From positions 18,414,001 through 18,478,000 of the forward strand of contig OZ059897.1 of NCBI GenBank assembly GCA_964057225.1: DNA of 64,000 nucleotides, written 5' to 3'. The translations under genes were made by a program, and so were the position numbers. Source of the stretch: Auanema rhodensis. Taxonomy: Eukaryota > Animalia > Nematoda. Shown one piece after another: positions 40,001-54,700 of the stretch; within the stretch, counting starts at the first letter, position 1; every line of letters starts with the position of its first letter. The notes below the pieces were generated by a model. It ran no database searches. It saw nothing but the letters and a program-made list of their open reading frames with translations, and had not been told where the DNA came from.

Positions 40001-43000
40001 ATCCGCATCGAATGCACTATACTACATTAAGAAACGCTTGATACAAAAATTAGTTATGATCGTTTGAAAAATGATGCATTAGTGTATGTTGAGTTTCCAT
40101 GTACACTCAACATTGCTTCCAAAAACATTTTGACATAAATTTTTTCGAAAAATTTCAAAATAATTTAGCAAAAAGTAGATGTTTTTAGATTCCATTTTTC
40201 AAGGCAAAGACGATGGACAATGTTATTCAACGAAAAAATTAATTCTTCAGGGTGAAAATCGAGGATATAAGTGTGAACTTATATCAGTTGATATCTCGGT
40301 GCATTTTTAAGCTAGCGCAAATCTGATAACACAGATCGACGCAGCTTAAAAATCCGCATCGAATGCACTATACTACATTGAGAAACGCTTAATACAAAAA
40401 TTAGTTATGATCGTTTGAAAAATGATGCATTAGTGTATGTTGAGTTTCCATGTACACTCAACATTGCTTCCAAAAACATTTTGACAAAAATTTTTTCGAA
40501 AAATTTCAAAATAATTTAGCAAAAAGTAGATGTTTTTAGATTCCATTTTTCAAGGCAAAGACGATGGACAATGTTATTCAACGAAAAAATCAATTCTTCA
40601 GGGTGAAAATCGAGGATATAAGTGTGAACTTATATCAGTTGATATCTCGGTGCATTTTTAAGCTAGCGCAAATCTGATAACACAGATCGACGCAGCTTAA
40701 AAATCCGCATCGAATGCACTATACTACATTGAGAAACGCTTAATACAAAAATTAGTTATGATCGTTTGAAAAATGATGCATTAGTGTATGTTGAGTTTCC
40801 ATGTACACTCAACATTGCTTCCAAAAACATTTTGACATAAATTTTTTCGAAAAATTTCAAAATAATTTAGCAAAAAGTAGATGTTTTTAGATTCCATTTT
40901 TCAAGGCAAAGACGATGGACAATGTTATTCAACGAAAAAATTAATTCTTCAGGGTGAAAATCGAGGATATAAGTGTGAACTTATATCAGTTGATATCTCG
41001 GTGCATTTTTAAGCTAGCGCAAATCTGATAACACAGATCGACGCAGCTTAAAAATCCGCATCGAATGCACTATACTACATTGAGAAACGCTTAATACAAA
41101 AATTAGTTATGATCGTTTGAAAAATGATGCATTAGTGTATGTTGAGTTTCCATGTACACTCAACATTGCTTCCAAAAACATTTTGACATAAATTTTTTCG
41201 AAAAATTTCAAAATAATTTAGCAAAAAGTAGATGTTCTTAGATTCCATTTTTCAAGGCAAAGACGATGGACAATGTTATTCAACGAAAAAATTAATTCTT
41301 CAGGGTGAAAATCGAGGATATAAGTGTGAACTTATATCAGTTGATATCTCGGTGCATTTTTAAGCTAGCGCAAATCTGATAACACAGATCGACGCAGCTT
41401 AAAAATCCGCATCGAATGCACTATACTACATTAAGAAACGCTTGATACAAAAATTAGTTAAGATCGTTTGAAAAATGATGCATTAATGTATGTTGAGTTT
41501 CCATGTACACTCAACATTGCTTCCAAAAACATTTTGACAAAAACTTTTTCGAAAAATTTCAAAATAATTTAGCAAAAAGTAGATGTTTTTAGATTCCTTT
41601 TTTCAAGGCAAAGACGATGGACAATGTTATTCAACGAAAAAATTAATTCTTCAGGGTGAAAATCGAGGATATAAGTGTGAACCTATATCAGTTGATATCT
41701 CGGTGCATTTTTAAGCTAGCGCAAATCTGATAACACAGATCGACGCAGCTTAAAAATCCGCATCGAATGCACTATACTACATTGAGAAACGCTTAATACA
41801 AAAATTAGTTATGATCGTTTGAAAAATGATGCATTAGTGTATGTTGAGTTTCCATGTACACTCAACATTGCTTCCAAAAACATTTTGACAAAAATTTTTT
41901 CGAAAAATTTCAAAATAATTTAGCAAAAAGTAGATGTTTTTAGATTCCATTTTTCAAGGCAAAGACGATGGACAATGTTATTCAACGAAAAAATCAATTC
42001 TTCAGGGTGAAAATCGAGGATATAAGTGTGAACTTATATCAGTTGATATCTCGGTGCATTTTTAAGCTAGCGCAAATCTGATAACACAGATCGACGCAGC
42101 TTAAAAATCCGCATCGAATGCACTATACTACATTGAGAAACGCTTAATACAAAAATTAGTTATGATCGTTTGAAAAATGATGCATTAGTGTATGTTGAGT
42201 TTCCATGTACACTCAACATTGCTTCCAAAAACATTTTGACATAAATTTTTTCGAAAAATTTCAAAATAATTTAGCAAAAAGTAGATGTTTTTAGATTCCA
42301 TTTTTCAAGGCAAAGACGATGGACAATGTTATTCAACGAAAAAATTAATTCTTCAGGGTGAAAATCGAGGATATAAGTGTGAACTTATATCAGTTGATAT
42401 CTCGGTGCATTTTTAAGCTAGCGCAAATCTGATAACACAGATCGACGCAGCTTAAAAATCCGCATCGAATGCACTATACTACATTGAGAAACGCTTAATA
42501 CAAAAATTAGTTATGATCGTTTGAAAAATGATGCATTAGTGTATGTTGAGTTTCCATGTACACTCAACATTGCTTCCAAAAACATTTTGACATAAATTTT
42601 TTCGAAAAATTTCAAAATAATTTAGCAAAAAGTAGATGTTCTTAGATTCCATTTTTCAAGGCAAAGACGATGGACAATGTTATTCAACGAAAAAATTAAT
42701 TCTTCAGGGTGAAAATCGAGGATATAAGTGTGAACTTATATCAGTTGATATCTCGGTGCATTTTTAAGCTAGCGCAAATCTGATAACACAGATCGACGCA
42801 GCTTAAAAATCCGCATCGAATGCACTATACTACATTAAGAAACGCTTGATACAAAAATTAGTTATGATCGTTTGAAAAATGATGCATTAGTGTATGTTGA
42901 GTTTCCATGTACACTCAACATTGCTTCCAAAAACATTTTGACATAAATTTTTTCGAAAAATTTCAAAATAATTTAGCAAAAAGTAGATGTTTTTAGATTC

Positions 43001-46000
43001 CATTTTTCAAGGCAAAGACGATGGACAATGTTATTCAACGAAAAAATTAATTCTTCAGGGTGAAAATCGAGGATATAAGTGTGAACTTATATCAGTTGAT
43101 ATCTCGGTGCATTTTTAAGCTAGCGCAAATCTGATAACACAGATCGACGCAGCTTAAAAATCCGCATCGAATGCACTATACTACATTGAGAAACGCTTAA
43201 TACAAAAATTAGTTATGATCGTTTGAAAAATGATGCATTAGTGTATGTTGAGTTTCCATGTACACTCAACATTGCTTCCAAAAACATTTTGACAAAAATT
43301 TTTTCGAAAAATTTCAAAATAATTTAGCAAAAAGTAGATGTTTTTAGATTCCATTTTTCAAGGCAAAGACGATGGACAATGTTATTCAACGAAAAAATCA
43401 ATTCTTCAGGGTGAAAATCGAGGATATAAGTGTGAACTTATATCAGTTGATATCTCGGTGCATTTTTAAGCTAGCGCAAATCTGATAACACAGATCGACG
43501 CAGCTTAAAAATCCGCATCGAATGCACTATACTACATTGAGAAACGCTTAATACAAAAATTAGTTATGATCGTTTGAAAAATGATGCATTAGTGTATGTT
43601 GAGTTTCCATGTACACTCAACATTGCTTCCAAAAACATTTTGACATAAATTTTTTCGAAAAATTTCAAAATAATTTAGCAAAAAGTAGATGTTTTTAGAT
43701 TCCATTTTTCAAGGCAAAGACGATGGACAATGTTATTCAACGAAAAAATTAATTCTTCAGGGTGAAAATCGAGGATATAAGTGTGAACTTATATCAGTTG
43801 ATATCTCGGTGCATTTTTAAGCTAGCGCAAATCTGATAACACAGATCGACGCAGCTTAAAAATCCGCATCGAATGCACTATACTACATTGAGAAACGCTT
43901 AATACAAAAATTAGTTATGATCGTTTGAAAAATGATGCATTAGTGTATGTTGAGTTTCCATGTACACTCAACATTGCTTCCAAAAACATTTTGACATAAA
44001 TTTTTTCGAAAAAATTCAAAATAATTTAGCAAAAAGTAGATGTTCTTAGATTCCATTTTTCAAGGCAAAGACGATGGACAATGTTATTCAACGAAAAAAT
44101 TAATTCTTCAGGGTGAAAATCGAGGATATAAGTGTGAACTTATATCAGTTGATATCTCGGTGCATTTTTAAGCTAGCGCAAATCTGATAACACAGATCGA
44201 CGCAGCTTAAAAATCCGCATCGAATGCACTATACTACATTAAGAAACGCTTGATACAAAAATTAGTTATGATCGTTTGAAAAATGATGCATTAGTGTATG
44301 TTGAGTTTCCATGTACACTCAACATTGCTTCCAAAAACATTTTGACATAAATTTTTTCGAAAAATTTCAAAATAATTTAGCAAAAAGTAGATGTTTTTAG
44401 ATTCCATTTTTCAAGGCAAAGACGATGGACAATGTTATTCAACGAAAAAATTAATTCTTCAGGGTGAAAATCGAGGATATAAGTGTGAACTTATATCAGT
44501 TGATATCTCGGTGCATTTTTAAGCTAGCGCAAATCTGATAACACAGATCGACGCAGCTTAAAAATCCGCATCGAATGCACTATGCTACATTGAGAAACGC
44601 TTAATACAAAAATTAGTTATGATCGTTTGAAAAATGATGCATTAGTGTATGTTGAGTTTCCATGTACACTCAACATTGCTTCCAAAAACATTTTGACATA
44701 AATGTTTTCGAAAAATTTCAAAATAATTTAGCAAAAAGTAGATGTTTTTAGATTCCATTTTTCAAGGCAAAGACGATGGACAATGTTATTCAACGAAAAA
44801 ATTAATTCTTCAGGGTGAAAATCGAGGATATAAGTGTGAACTTATATCAGTTGATATCTCGGTGCATTTTTAAGCTAGCGCAAATCTGATAACACAGATC
44901 GACGCAGCTTAAAAATCCGCATCGAATGCACTATACTACATTGAGAAACGCTTAATACAAAAATTAGTTATGATCGTTTGAAAAATGATGCATTAGTGTA
45001 TGTTGAGTTTCCATGTACACTCAACATTGCTTCCAAAAACATTTTGACATAAATTTTTTCGAAAAATTTCAAAATAATTTAGCAAAAAGTAGATGTTTTT
45101 AGATTCCATTTTTCAAGGCAAAGACGATGGACAATGTTATTCAACGAAAAAATTAATTCTTCAGGGTGAAAATCGAGGATATAAGTGTGAACTTATATCA
45201 GTTGATATCTCGGTGCATTTTTAAGCTAGCGCAAATCTGATAACACAGATCGACGCAGCTTAAAAATCCGCATCGAATGCACTATACTACATTGAGAAAC
45301 GCTTAATACAAAAATTAGTTATGATCGTTTGAAAAATGATGCATTAGTGTATGTTGAGTTTCCATGTACACTCAACATTGCTTCCAAAAACATTTTGACA
45401 AAAATTTTTTCGAAAAATTTCAAAATAATTTAGCAAAAAGTAGATGTTTTTAGATTCCATTTTTCAAGGCAAAGACGATGGACAATGTTATTCAACGAAA
45501 AAATTAATTCTTCAGGGTGAAAATCGAGGATATAAGTGTGAACTTATATCAGTTGATATCTCGGTGCATTTTTAAGCTAGCGCAAATCTGATAACACAGA
45601 TCGACGCAGCTTAAAAATCCGCATCGAATGCACTATACTACATTGAGAAACGCTTAATACAAAAATTAGTTATGATCGTTTGAAAAATGATGCATTAGTG
45701 TATGTTGAGTTTCCATGTACACTCAACATTGCTTCCAAAAACATTTTGACATAAATTTTTTCGAAAAATTTCAAAATAATTTAGCAAAAAGTAGATGTTT
45801 TTAGATTCCATTTTTCAAGGCAAAGACGATGGACAATGTTATTCAACGAAAAAATTAATTCTTCAGGGTGAAAATCGAGGATATAAGTGTGAACTTATAT
45901 CAGTTGATATCTCGGTGCATTTTTAAGCTAGCGCAAATCTGATAACACAGATCGACGCAGCTTAAAAATCCGCATCGAATGCACTATACTACATTGAGAA

Positions 46001-48788
46001 ACGCTTAATACAAAAATTAGTTATGATCGTTTGAAAAATGATGCATTAGTGTATGTTGAGTTTCCATGTACACTCAACATTGCTTCCAAAAACATTTTGA
46101 CATAAATTTTTTCGAAAAATTTCAAAATAATTTAGCAAAAAGTAGATGTTTTTAGATTCCATTTTTCAAGGCAAAGACGATGGACAATGTTATTCAACGA
46201 AAAAATTAATTCTTCAGGGTGAAAATCGAGGATATAAGTGTGAACTTATATCAGTTGATATCTCGGTGCATTTTTAAGCTAGCGCAAATCTGATAACACA
46301 GATCGACGCAGCTTAAAAATCCGCATCGAATGCACTATACTACATTAAGAAACGCTTGATACAAAAATTAGTTATGATCGTTTGAAAAATGATGCATTAG
46401 TGTATGTTGAGTTTCCATGTACACTCAACATTGCTTCCAAAAACATTTTGACATAAATTTTTTCGAAAAATTTCAAAATAATTTAGCAAAAAGTAGATGT
46501 TTTTAGATTCCATTTTTCAAGGCAAAGACGATGGACAATGTTATTCAACGAAAAAATTAATTCTTCAGGGTGAAAATCGAGGATATAAGTGTGAACTTAT
46601 ATCAGTTGATATCTCGGTGCATTTTTAAGCTAGCGCAAATCTGATAACACAGATCGACGCAGCTTAAAAATCCGCATCGAATGCACTATGCTACATTGAG
46701 AAACGCTTAATACAAAAATTAGTTATGATCGTTTGAAAAATGATGCATTAGTGTATGTTGAGTTTCCATGTACACTCAACATTGCTTCCAAAAACATTTT
46801 GACATAAATGTTTTCGAAAAATTTCAAAATAATTTAGCAAAAAGTAGATGTTTTTAGATTCCATTTTTCAAGGCAAAGACGATGGACAATGTTATTCAAC
46901 GAAAAAATTAATTCTTCAGGGTGAAAATCGAGGATATAAGTGTGAACTTATATCAGTTGATATCTCGGTGCATTTTTAAGCTAGCGCAAATCTGATAACA
47001 CAGATCGACGCAGCTTAAAAATCCGCATCGAATGCACTATACTACATTGAGAAACGCTTAATACAAAAATTAGTTATGATCGTTTGAAAAATGATGCATT
47101 AGTGTATGTTGAGTTTCCATGTACACTCAACATTGCTTCCAAAAACATTTTGACATAAATTTTTTCGAAAAATTTCAAAATAATTTAGCAAAAAGTAGAT
47201 GTTTTTAGATTCCATTTTTCAAGGCAAAGACGATGGACAATGTTATTCAACGAAAAAATTAATTCTTCAGGGTGAAAATCGAGGATATAAGTGTGAACTT
47301 ATATCAGTTGATATCTCGGTGCATTTTTAAGCTAGCGCAAATCTGATAACACAGATCGACGCAGCTTAAAAATCCGCATCGAATGCACTATACTACATTG
47401 AGAAACGCTTAATACAAAAATTAGTTATGATCGTTTGAAAAATGATGCATTAGTGTATGTTGAGTTTCCATGTACACTCAACATTGCTTCCAAAAACATT
47501 TTGACATAAATTTTTTCGAAAAATTTCAAAATAATTTAGCAAAAAGTAGATGTTTTTAGATTCCATTTTTCAAGGCAAAGACGATGGACAATGTTATTCA
47601 ACGAAAAAATTAATTCTTCAGGGTGAAAATCGAGGATATAAGTGTGAACTTATATCAGTTGATATCTCGGTGCATTTTTAAGCTAGCGCAAATCTGATAA
47701 CACAGATCGACGCAGCTTAAAAATCCGCATCGAATGCACTATACTACATTAAGAAACGCTTGATACAAAAATTAGTTATGATCGTTTGAAAAATGATGCA
47801 TTAGTGTATGTTGAGTTTCCATGTACACTCAACATTGCTTCCAAAAACATTTTGACATAAATTTTTTCGAAAAATTTCAAAATAATTTAGCAAAAAGTAG
47901 ATGTTTTTAGATTCCATTTTTCAAGGCAAAGACGATGGACAATGTTATTCAACGAAAAAATTAATTCTTCAGGGTGAAAATCGAGGATATAAGTGTGAAC
48001 TTATATCAGTTGATATCTCGGTGCATTTTTAAGCTAGCGCAAATCTGATAACACAGATCGACGCAGCTTAAAAATCCGCATCGAATGCACTATACTACAT
48101 TGAGAAACGCTTAATACAAAAATTAGTTATGATCGTTTGAAAAATGATGCATTAGTGTATGTTGAGTTTCCATGTACACTCAACATTGCTTCCAAAAACA
48201 TTTTGACATAAATTTTTTCGAAAAATTTCAAAATAATTTAGCAAAAAGTAGATGTTTTTAGATTCCATTTTTCAAGGCAAAGACGATGGACAATGTTATT
48301 CAACGAAAAAATTAATTCTTCAGGGTGAAAATCGAGGATATAAGTGTGAACTTATATCAGTTGATATCTCGGTGCATTTTTAAGCTAGCGCAAATCTGAT
48401 AACACAGATCGACGCAGCTTAAAAATCCGCATCGAATGCACTATACTACATTGAGAAACGCTTAATACAAAAATTAGTTATGATCGTTTGAAAAATGATG
48501 CATTAGTGTATGTTGAGTTTCCATGTACACTCAACATTGCTTCCAAAAACATTTTGACATAAATTTTTTCGAAAAATTTCAAAATAATTTAGCAAAAAGT
48601 AGATGTTTTTAGATTCCATTTTTTCAAGGCAAAGACGATGGACAATGTTATTCAACGAAAAAATTAATTCTTCAGGGTGAAAATCGAGGATATAAGTGTG
48701 AACTTATATCAGTTGATATCTCGGTGCATTTTTAAGCTAGCGCAAATCTGATAACACAGATCGACGCAGCTTAAAAATCCGCATCGAA
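34046..48788. repeat. Variant domain II (copies 98-139): dominated by m124T (GACATAAA), with 3-mer and 4-mer higher-order repeats
   Basis: m124T first appears in copy 98, with one outlier in copy 144. 3-mer x3 at 34046-37204; 4-mer x4 (228C / 124T / 124T+172C / 17A) at 38960-44575. Confidence 0.85.
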
Positions 48789-51700
48789 TGCACTATACTA
48801 CATTAAGAAACGCTTGATACAAAAATTAGTTATGATCGTTTGAAAAATGATGCATTAGTGTATGTTGAGTTTCCATGTACACTCAACATTGCTTCCAAAA
48901 ACATTTTGACAAAAATTTTTTCGAAAAATTTCAAAATAATTTAGCAAAAAGTAGATGTTTTTAGATTCCATTTTTCAAGGCAAAGACGATGGACAATGTT
49001 ATTCAACGAAAAAACTAATTCTTCAGGGTGAAAATCGAGGATATAAGTGTGAACTTATATCAGTTGATATCTCGGTGCATTTTTAAGCTAGCGCAAATCT
49101 GATAACACAGATCGACGCAGCTTAAAAATCCGCATCGAATGCACTATACTACATTGAAAAACGCTTGATACAAAAATTAGTTATGATCGTTTGAAAAATG
49201 ATGCATTAGTGTATGTTGAGTTTCCATGTACACTCAACATTGCTTCCAAAAACATTTTGACAAAAATTTTTTCGAAAAATTTCAAAATAATTTAGCAAAA
49301 AGTAGATGTTTTTGGATTCCTTTTTTCAAGGCAAAGACGATGGACAATGTTATTCAACGAAAAAATTATTTCTTCAGGGTGAAAATCGAGGATATAAGTG
49401 TGAACTTATATCAGTTGATATCTCGGTGCATTTTTAAGCTAGCGCAAATCTGATAACACAGATCGACGCAGCTTAAAAATCCGCATCGAATGCACTATAC
49501 TACATTGAGAAACACTTGATACAAAAATTAGTTATGATCGTTTGAAAAATGATGCATTAGTGTATGTTGAGTTTCCATGTACACTCAACATTGCTTCCAA
49601 AAACATTTTGACAAAAACTTTTTCGAAAAATTTCAAAATAATTTAGCAAAAAGTAGATGTTTTAAGATTCCATTTTTCAAGGCAAAGACGATGGACAATG
49701 TTATTCAACGAAAAAATTAATTCTTCAGGGTGAAAATCGAGGATATAAGTGTGAACTTATATCAGTTGATATCTCGGTGCATTTTTAAGCTAGCGCAAAT
49801 CTGATAACACAGATCGACGCAGCTTAAAAATCCGCATCGAATGCACTATAGTACATTGAGAAACGCTTAATACAAAAATTAGTTATGATCGTTTGAAAAA
49901 TGATGCATTAGTGTATGTTGAGTTTCCATGTACACTCAACATTGCTTCCAAAAACATTTTGACAAAAACTTTTTCGAAAAATTTCAAAATAATTTAGCAA
50001 AAAGTAGATGTTTTTAGATTCCTTTTTTCAAGGCAAAGACGATGGACAATGTTATTCAACGAAAAAATTAATTCTTCAGGGTGAAAATCGAGGATATAAG
50101 TGTGAACCTATATCAGTTGATATCTCGGTGCATTTTTAAGCTAGCGCAAATCTGATAACACAGATCGACGCAGCTTAAAAATCCGCATCGAATGCACTAT
50201 ACTACATTGAGAAACGCTTAATACAAAAATTAGTTATGATCGTTTGAAAAATGATGCATTAGTGTATGTTGAGTTTCCATGTACACTCAACATTGCTTCC
50301 AAAAACATTTTGACATAAATTTTTTCGAAAAATTTCAAAATAATTTAGCAAAAAGTAGATGTTTTTAGATTCCATTTTTCAAGGCAAAGACGATGGACAA
50401 TGTTATTCAACGAAAAAATTAATTCTTCAGGGTGAAAATCGAGGATATAAGTGTGAACTTATATCAGTTGATATCTCGGTGCATTTTTAAGCTAGCGCAA
50501 ATCTGATAACACAGATCGACGCAGCTTAAAAATCCGCATCGAATGCACTATACTACATTAAGAAACGCTTGATACAAAAATTAGTTATGATCGTTTGAAA
50601 AATGATGCATTAGTGTATGTTGAGTTTCCATGTACACTCAACATTGCTTCCAAAAACATTTTGACAAAAATTTTTTCGAAAAATTTCAAAATAATTTAGC
50701 AAAAAGTAGATGTTTTTGGATTCCTTTTTTCAAGGCAAAGACGATGGACAATGTTATTTAACGAAAAAATTAATTCTTCAGGGTGAAAAGCGAGGATATA
50801 AGTGTGAACTTATATCAGTTGATATCTCGGTGCATTTGTAAGCTAGCGCAAATCTGATAACACAGATCGACGCAGCTTAAAAATCCGCATCGAGTGCACT
50901 ATACTACATTGAGAAACGCTTAATACAAAAATTAGTTATGATCGTTTGAAAAATGATGCATTAGTGTATGTTGAGTTTCCATGTACACTCAACATTGCTT
51001 CCAAAAACATTTTGACAAAAATTTTTTCGAAAAATTTCAAAATAATTTAGCAAAAAGTAGATGTTTTTAGATTCCATTTTTCAAGGCAAAGACGATGGAC
51101 AATGTTATTCAACGAAAAAATTAATTCTTCAGGGTGAAAATCGAGGATATAAGTGTGACCTTATATCAGTTGATATCTCGGTGCATTTTTAAGCTAGCGC
51201 AAATCTGATAACACAGATCGACGCAGCTTAAAAATCCGCATCGAATGCACTATACTACATTGAAAAACGCTTAATACAAAAATTAGTTATGATCGTTTGA
51301 AAAATGATGCATTAGTGTATGTTGAGTTTCCATGTACACTCAACATTGCTTCCAAAAACATTTTGACAAAAATTTTTTCGAAAAATTTCAAAATAATTTA
51401 GCAAAAAGTAGATGTTTTTAGATTCCTTTTTTCAAGGCAAAGACGATGGACAATGTTATTCAACGAAAAAATTAATTCTTCAGGGTGAAAATCGAGGATA
51501 TAAGTGTGAACTTATATCAGTTGATATCTCGGTGCATTTTTAAGCTAGCGCAAATCTGATAACACAGATCGACGCAGCTTAAAAATCCGCATCGAATGCA
51601 CTATACTACATTGAGAAACACTTGATACAAAAATTAGTTATGATCGTTTGAAAAATGATGCATTAGTGTATGTTGAGTTTCCATGTACACTCAACATTGC

Positions 51701-54700
51701 TTCCAAAAACATTTTGACAAAAATTTTTTCGAAAAATTTCAAAATAATTTAGCAAAAAGTAGATGTTTTTAGATTCCTTTTTTCAAGGCAAAGACGATGG
51801 ACAATGTTATTCAACGAAAAAATTAATTCTTCAGGGTGAAAATCGAGGATATAAGTGTGAACTTATATCAGTTGATATCTCGGTGCATTTTTAAGCTAGC
51901 GCAAATCTGATAACACAGATCGACGCAGCTTAAAAATCCGCATCGAATGCACTATACTACATTAAGAAACGCTTGATACAAAAATTAGTTATGATCGTTT
52001 GAAAAATGATGCATTAGTGTATGTTGAGTTTCCATGTACACTCAACATTGCTTCCAAAAACATTTTGACAAAAATTTTTTCGAAAAATTTCAAAATAATT
52101 TAGCAAAAAGTAGATGTTTTTAGATTCCTTTTTTCAAGGCAAAGACGATGGACAATGTTATTTAACGAAAAAATTAATTCTTCAGGGTGAAAATCGAGGA
52201 TATAAGTGTGAACTTATATCAGTTGATATCTCGGTGCATTTTTAAGCTAGCGCAAATCTGATAACACAGATCGACGCAGCTTAAAAATCCGCATCGAATG
52301 CACTATACTACATTGAGAAACGCTTAATACAAAAATTAGTTATGATCGTTTGAAAAATGATGCATTAGTGTATGTTGAGTTTCCATGTACACTCAACATT
52401 GCTTCCAAAAACATTTTGACAAAAACTTTTTCGAAAAATTTCAAAATAATTTAGCAAAAAGTAGATGTTTTTAGATTCCTTTTTTCAAGGCAAAGACGAT
52501 GGACAATGTTATTCAACGAAAAAATTAATTCTTCAGGGTGAAAATCGAGGATATAAGTGTGAACTTATATCAGTTGATATCTCGGTGCATTTTTAAGCTA
52601 GCGCAAATCTGATAACACAGATCGACGCAGCTTAAAAATCCGCATCGAATGCACTATACTACATTAAGAAACGCTTGATACAAAAATTAGTTATGATCGT
52701 TTGAAAAATGATGCATTAGTGTATGTTGAGTTTCCATGTACACTCAACATTGCTTCCAAAAACATTTTGACAAAAACTTTTTCGAAAAATTTCAAAATAA
52801 TTTAGCAAAAAGTAGATGTTTTTAGATTCCTTTTTTCAAGGCAAAGACGATGGACAATGTTATTTAACGAAAAAATTAATTCTTCAGGGTGAAAATCGAG
52901 GATATAAGTGTGAACTTATATCAGTTGATATCTCGGTGCATTTTTAAGCTAGCGCAAATCTGATAACACAGATCGACGCAGCTTAAAAATCCGCATCGAA
53001 TGCACTATACTACATTAAGAAACGCTTGATACAAAAATTAGTTATGATCGTTTGAAAAATGATGCATTAGTGTATGTTGAGTTTCCATGTACACTCAACA
53101 TTGCTTCCAAAAACATTTTGACAAAAATTTTTTCGAAAAATTTCAAAATAATTTAGCAAAAAGTAGATGTTTTTGGATTCCTTTTTTCAAGGCAAAGACG
53201 ATGGACAATGTTATTTAACGAAAAAATTAATTCTTCAGGGTGAAAATCGAGGATATAAGTGTGAACTTATATCAGTTGATATCTCGGTGCATTTTTAAGC
53301 TAGCGCAAATCTGATAACACAGATCGACGCAGCTTAAAAATCCGCATCGAATGCACTATACTACATTGAAAAACGCTTGATACAAAAATTAGTTATGATC
53401 GTTTGAAAAATGATGCATTAGTGTATGTTGAGTTTCCATGTACACTCAACATTGCTTCCAAAAACATTTTGACAAAAATTTTTTGGAAAAATTTCAAAAT
53501 AATTTAGCAAAAAGTAGATGTTTTTCGATTCCTTTTTTCAAGGCAAAGACGATGGACAATGTTATTTAACGAAAAAATTAATTCTTCAGGGTGAAAATCG
53601 AGGATATAAGTGTGAACTTATATCAGTTGATATCTCGGTGCATTTTTAAGCTAGCGCAAATCTGATAACACAGATCGACGCAGCTTAAAAATCCGCATCG
53701 AATGCACTATACTACATTGAAAAACGCTTGATACAAAAATTAGTTATGATCGTTTGAAAAATGATGCATTAGTGTATGTTGAGTTTCCATGTACACTCAA
53801 CATTGCTTCCAAAAACATTTTGACAAAAATTTTTTCGAAAAATTTCAAAATAATTTAGCAAAAAGTAGATGTTTTTAGATTCCTTTTTTCAAGGCAAAGA
53901 CGATGGACAATGTTATTTAACGAAAAAATTAATTCTTCAGGGTGAAAATCGAGGATATAAGTGTGAACTTATATCAGTTGATATCTCGGTGCATTTTTAA
54001 GCTAGCGCAAATCTGATAACACAGATCGACGCAGCTTAAAAATCCGCATCGAATGCACTATACTACATTGAAAAACGCTTGATACAAAAATTAGTTATGA
54101 TCGTTTGAAAAATGATGCATTAGTGTATGTTGAGTTTCCATGTACACTCAACATTGCTTCCAAAAACATTTTGACAAAAATTTTTTCGAAAAATTTCAAA
54201 ATAATTTAGCAAAAAGTAGATGTTTTTAGATTCCATTTTTCAAGGCAAAGACGATGGACAATGTTATTCAACGAAAAAATTAATTCTTCAGGGTGAAAAT
54301 CGAGGATATAAGTGTGAACTTACATCAGTTGATATCTCGGTGCATTTTTAAGCTAGCGCAAATCTGATAACACAGATCGACGCAGCTTAAAAATCCGCAT
54401 CGAATGCACTATACTACATTGAGAAACACTTGATACAAAAATTAGTTATGATCGTTTGAAAAATGATGCATTAGTGTATGTTGAGTTTCCATGTACACTC
54501 AACATTGCTTCCAAAAACATTTTGACAAAAATTTTTTCGAAAAATTTCAAAATAATTTAGCAAAAAGTAGATGTTTTTAGATTCCATTTTTCAAGGCAAA
54601 GACGATGGACAATGTTATTCAACGAAAAAATTAATTCTTCAGGGTGAAAATCGAGGATATAAGTGTGAACTTATATCAGTTGATATCTCGGTGCATTTTT

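Noticed and set aside
49226-49453. 75-aa ORF as a real gene
   Set aside because: It lies within one satellite monomer, the other copies have in-frame stops, and there is no recognisable domain or gene context.
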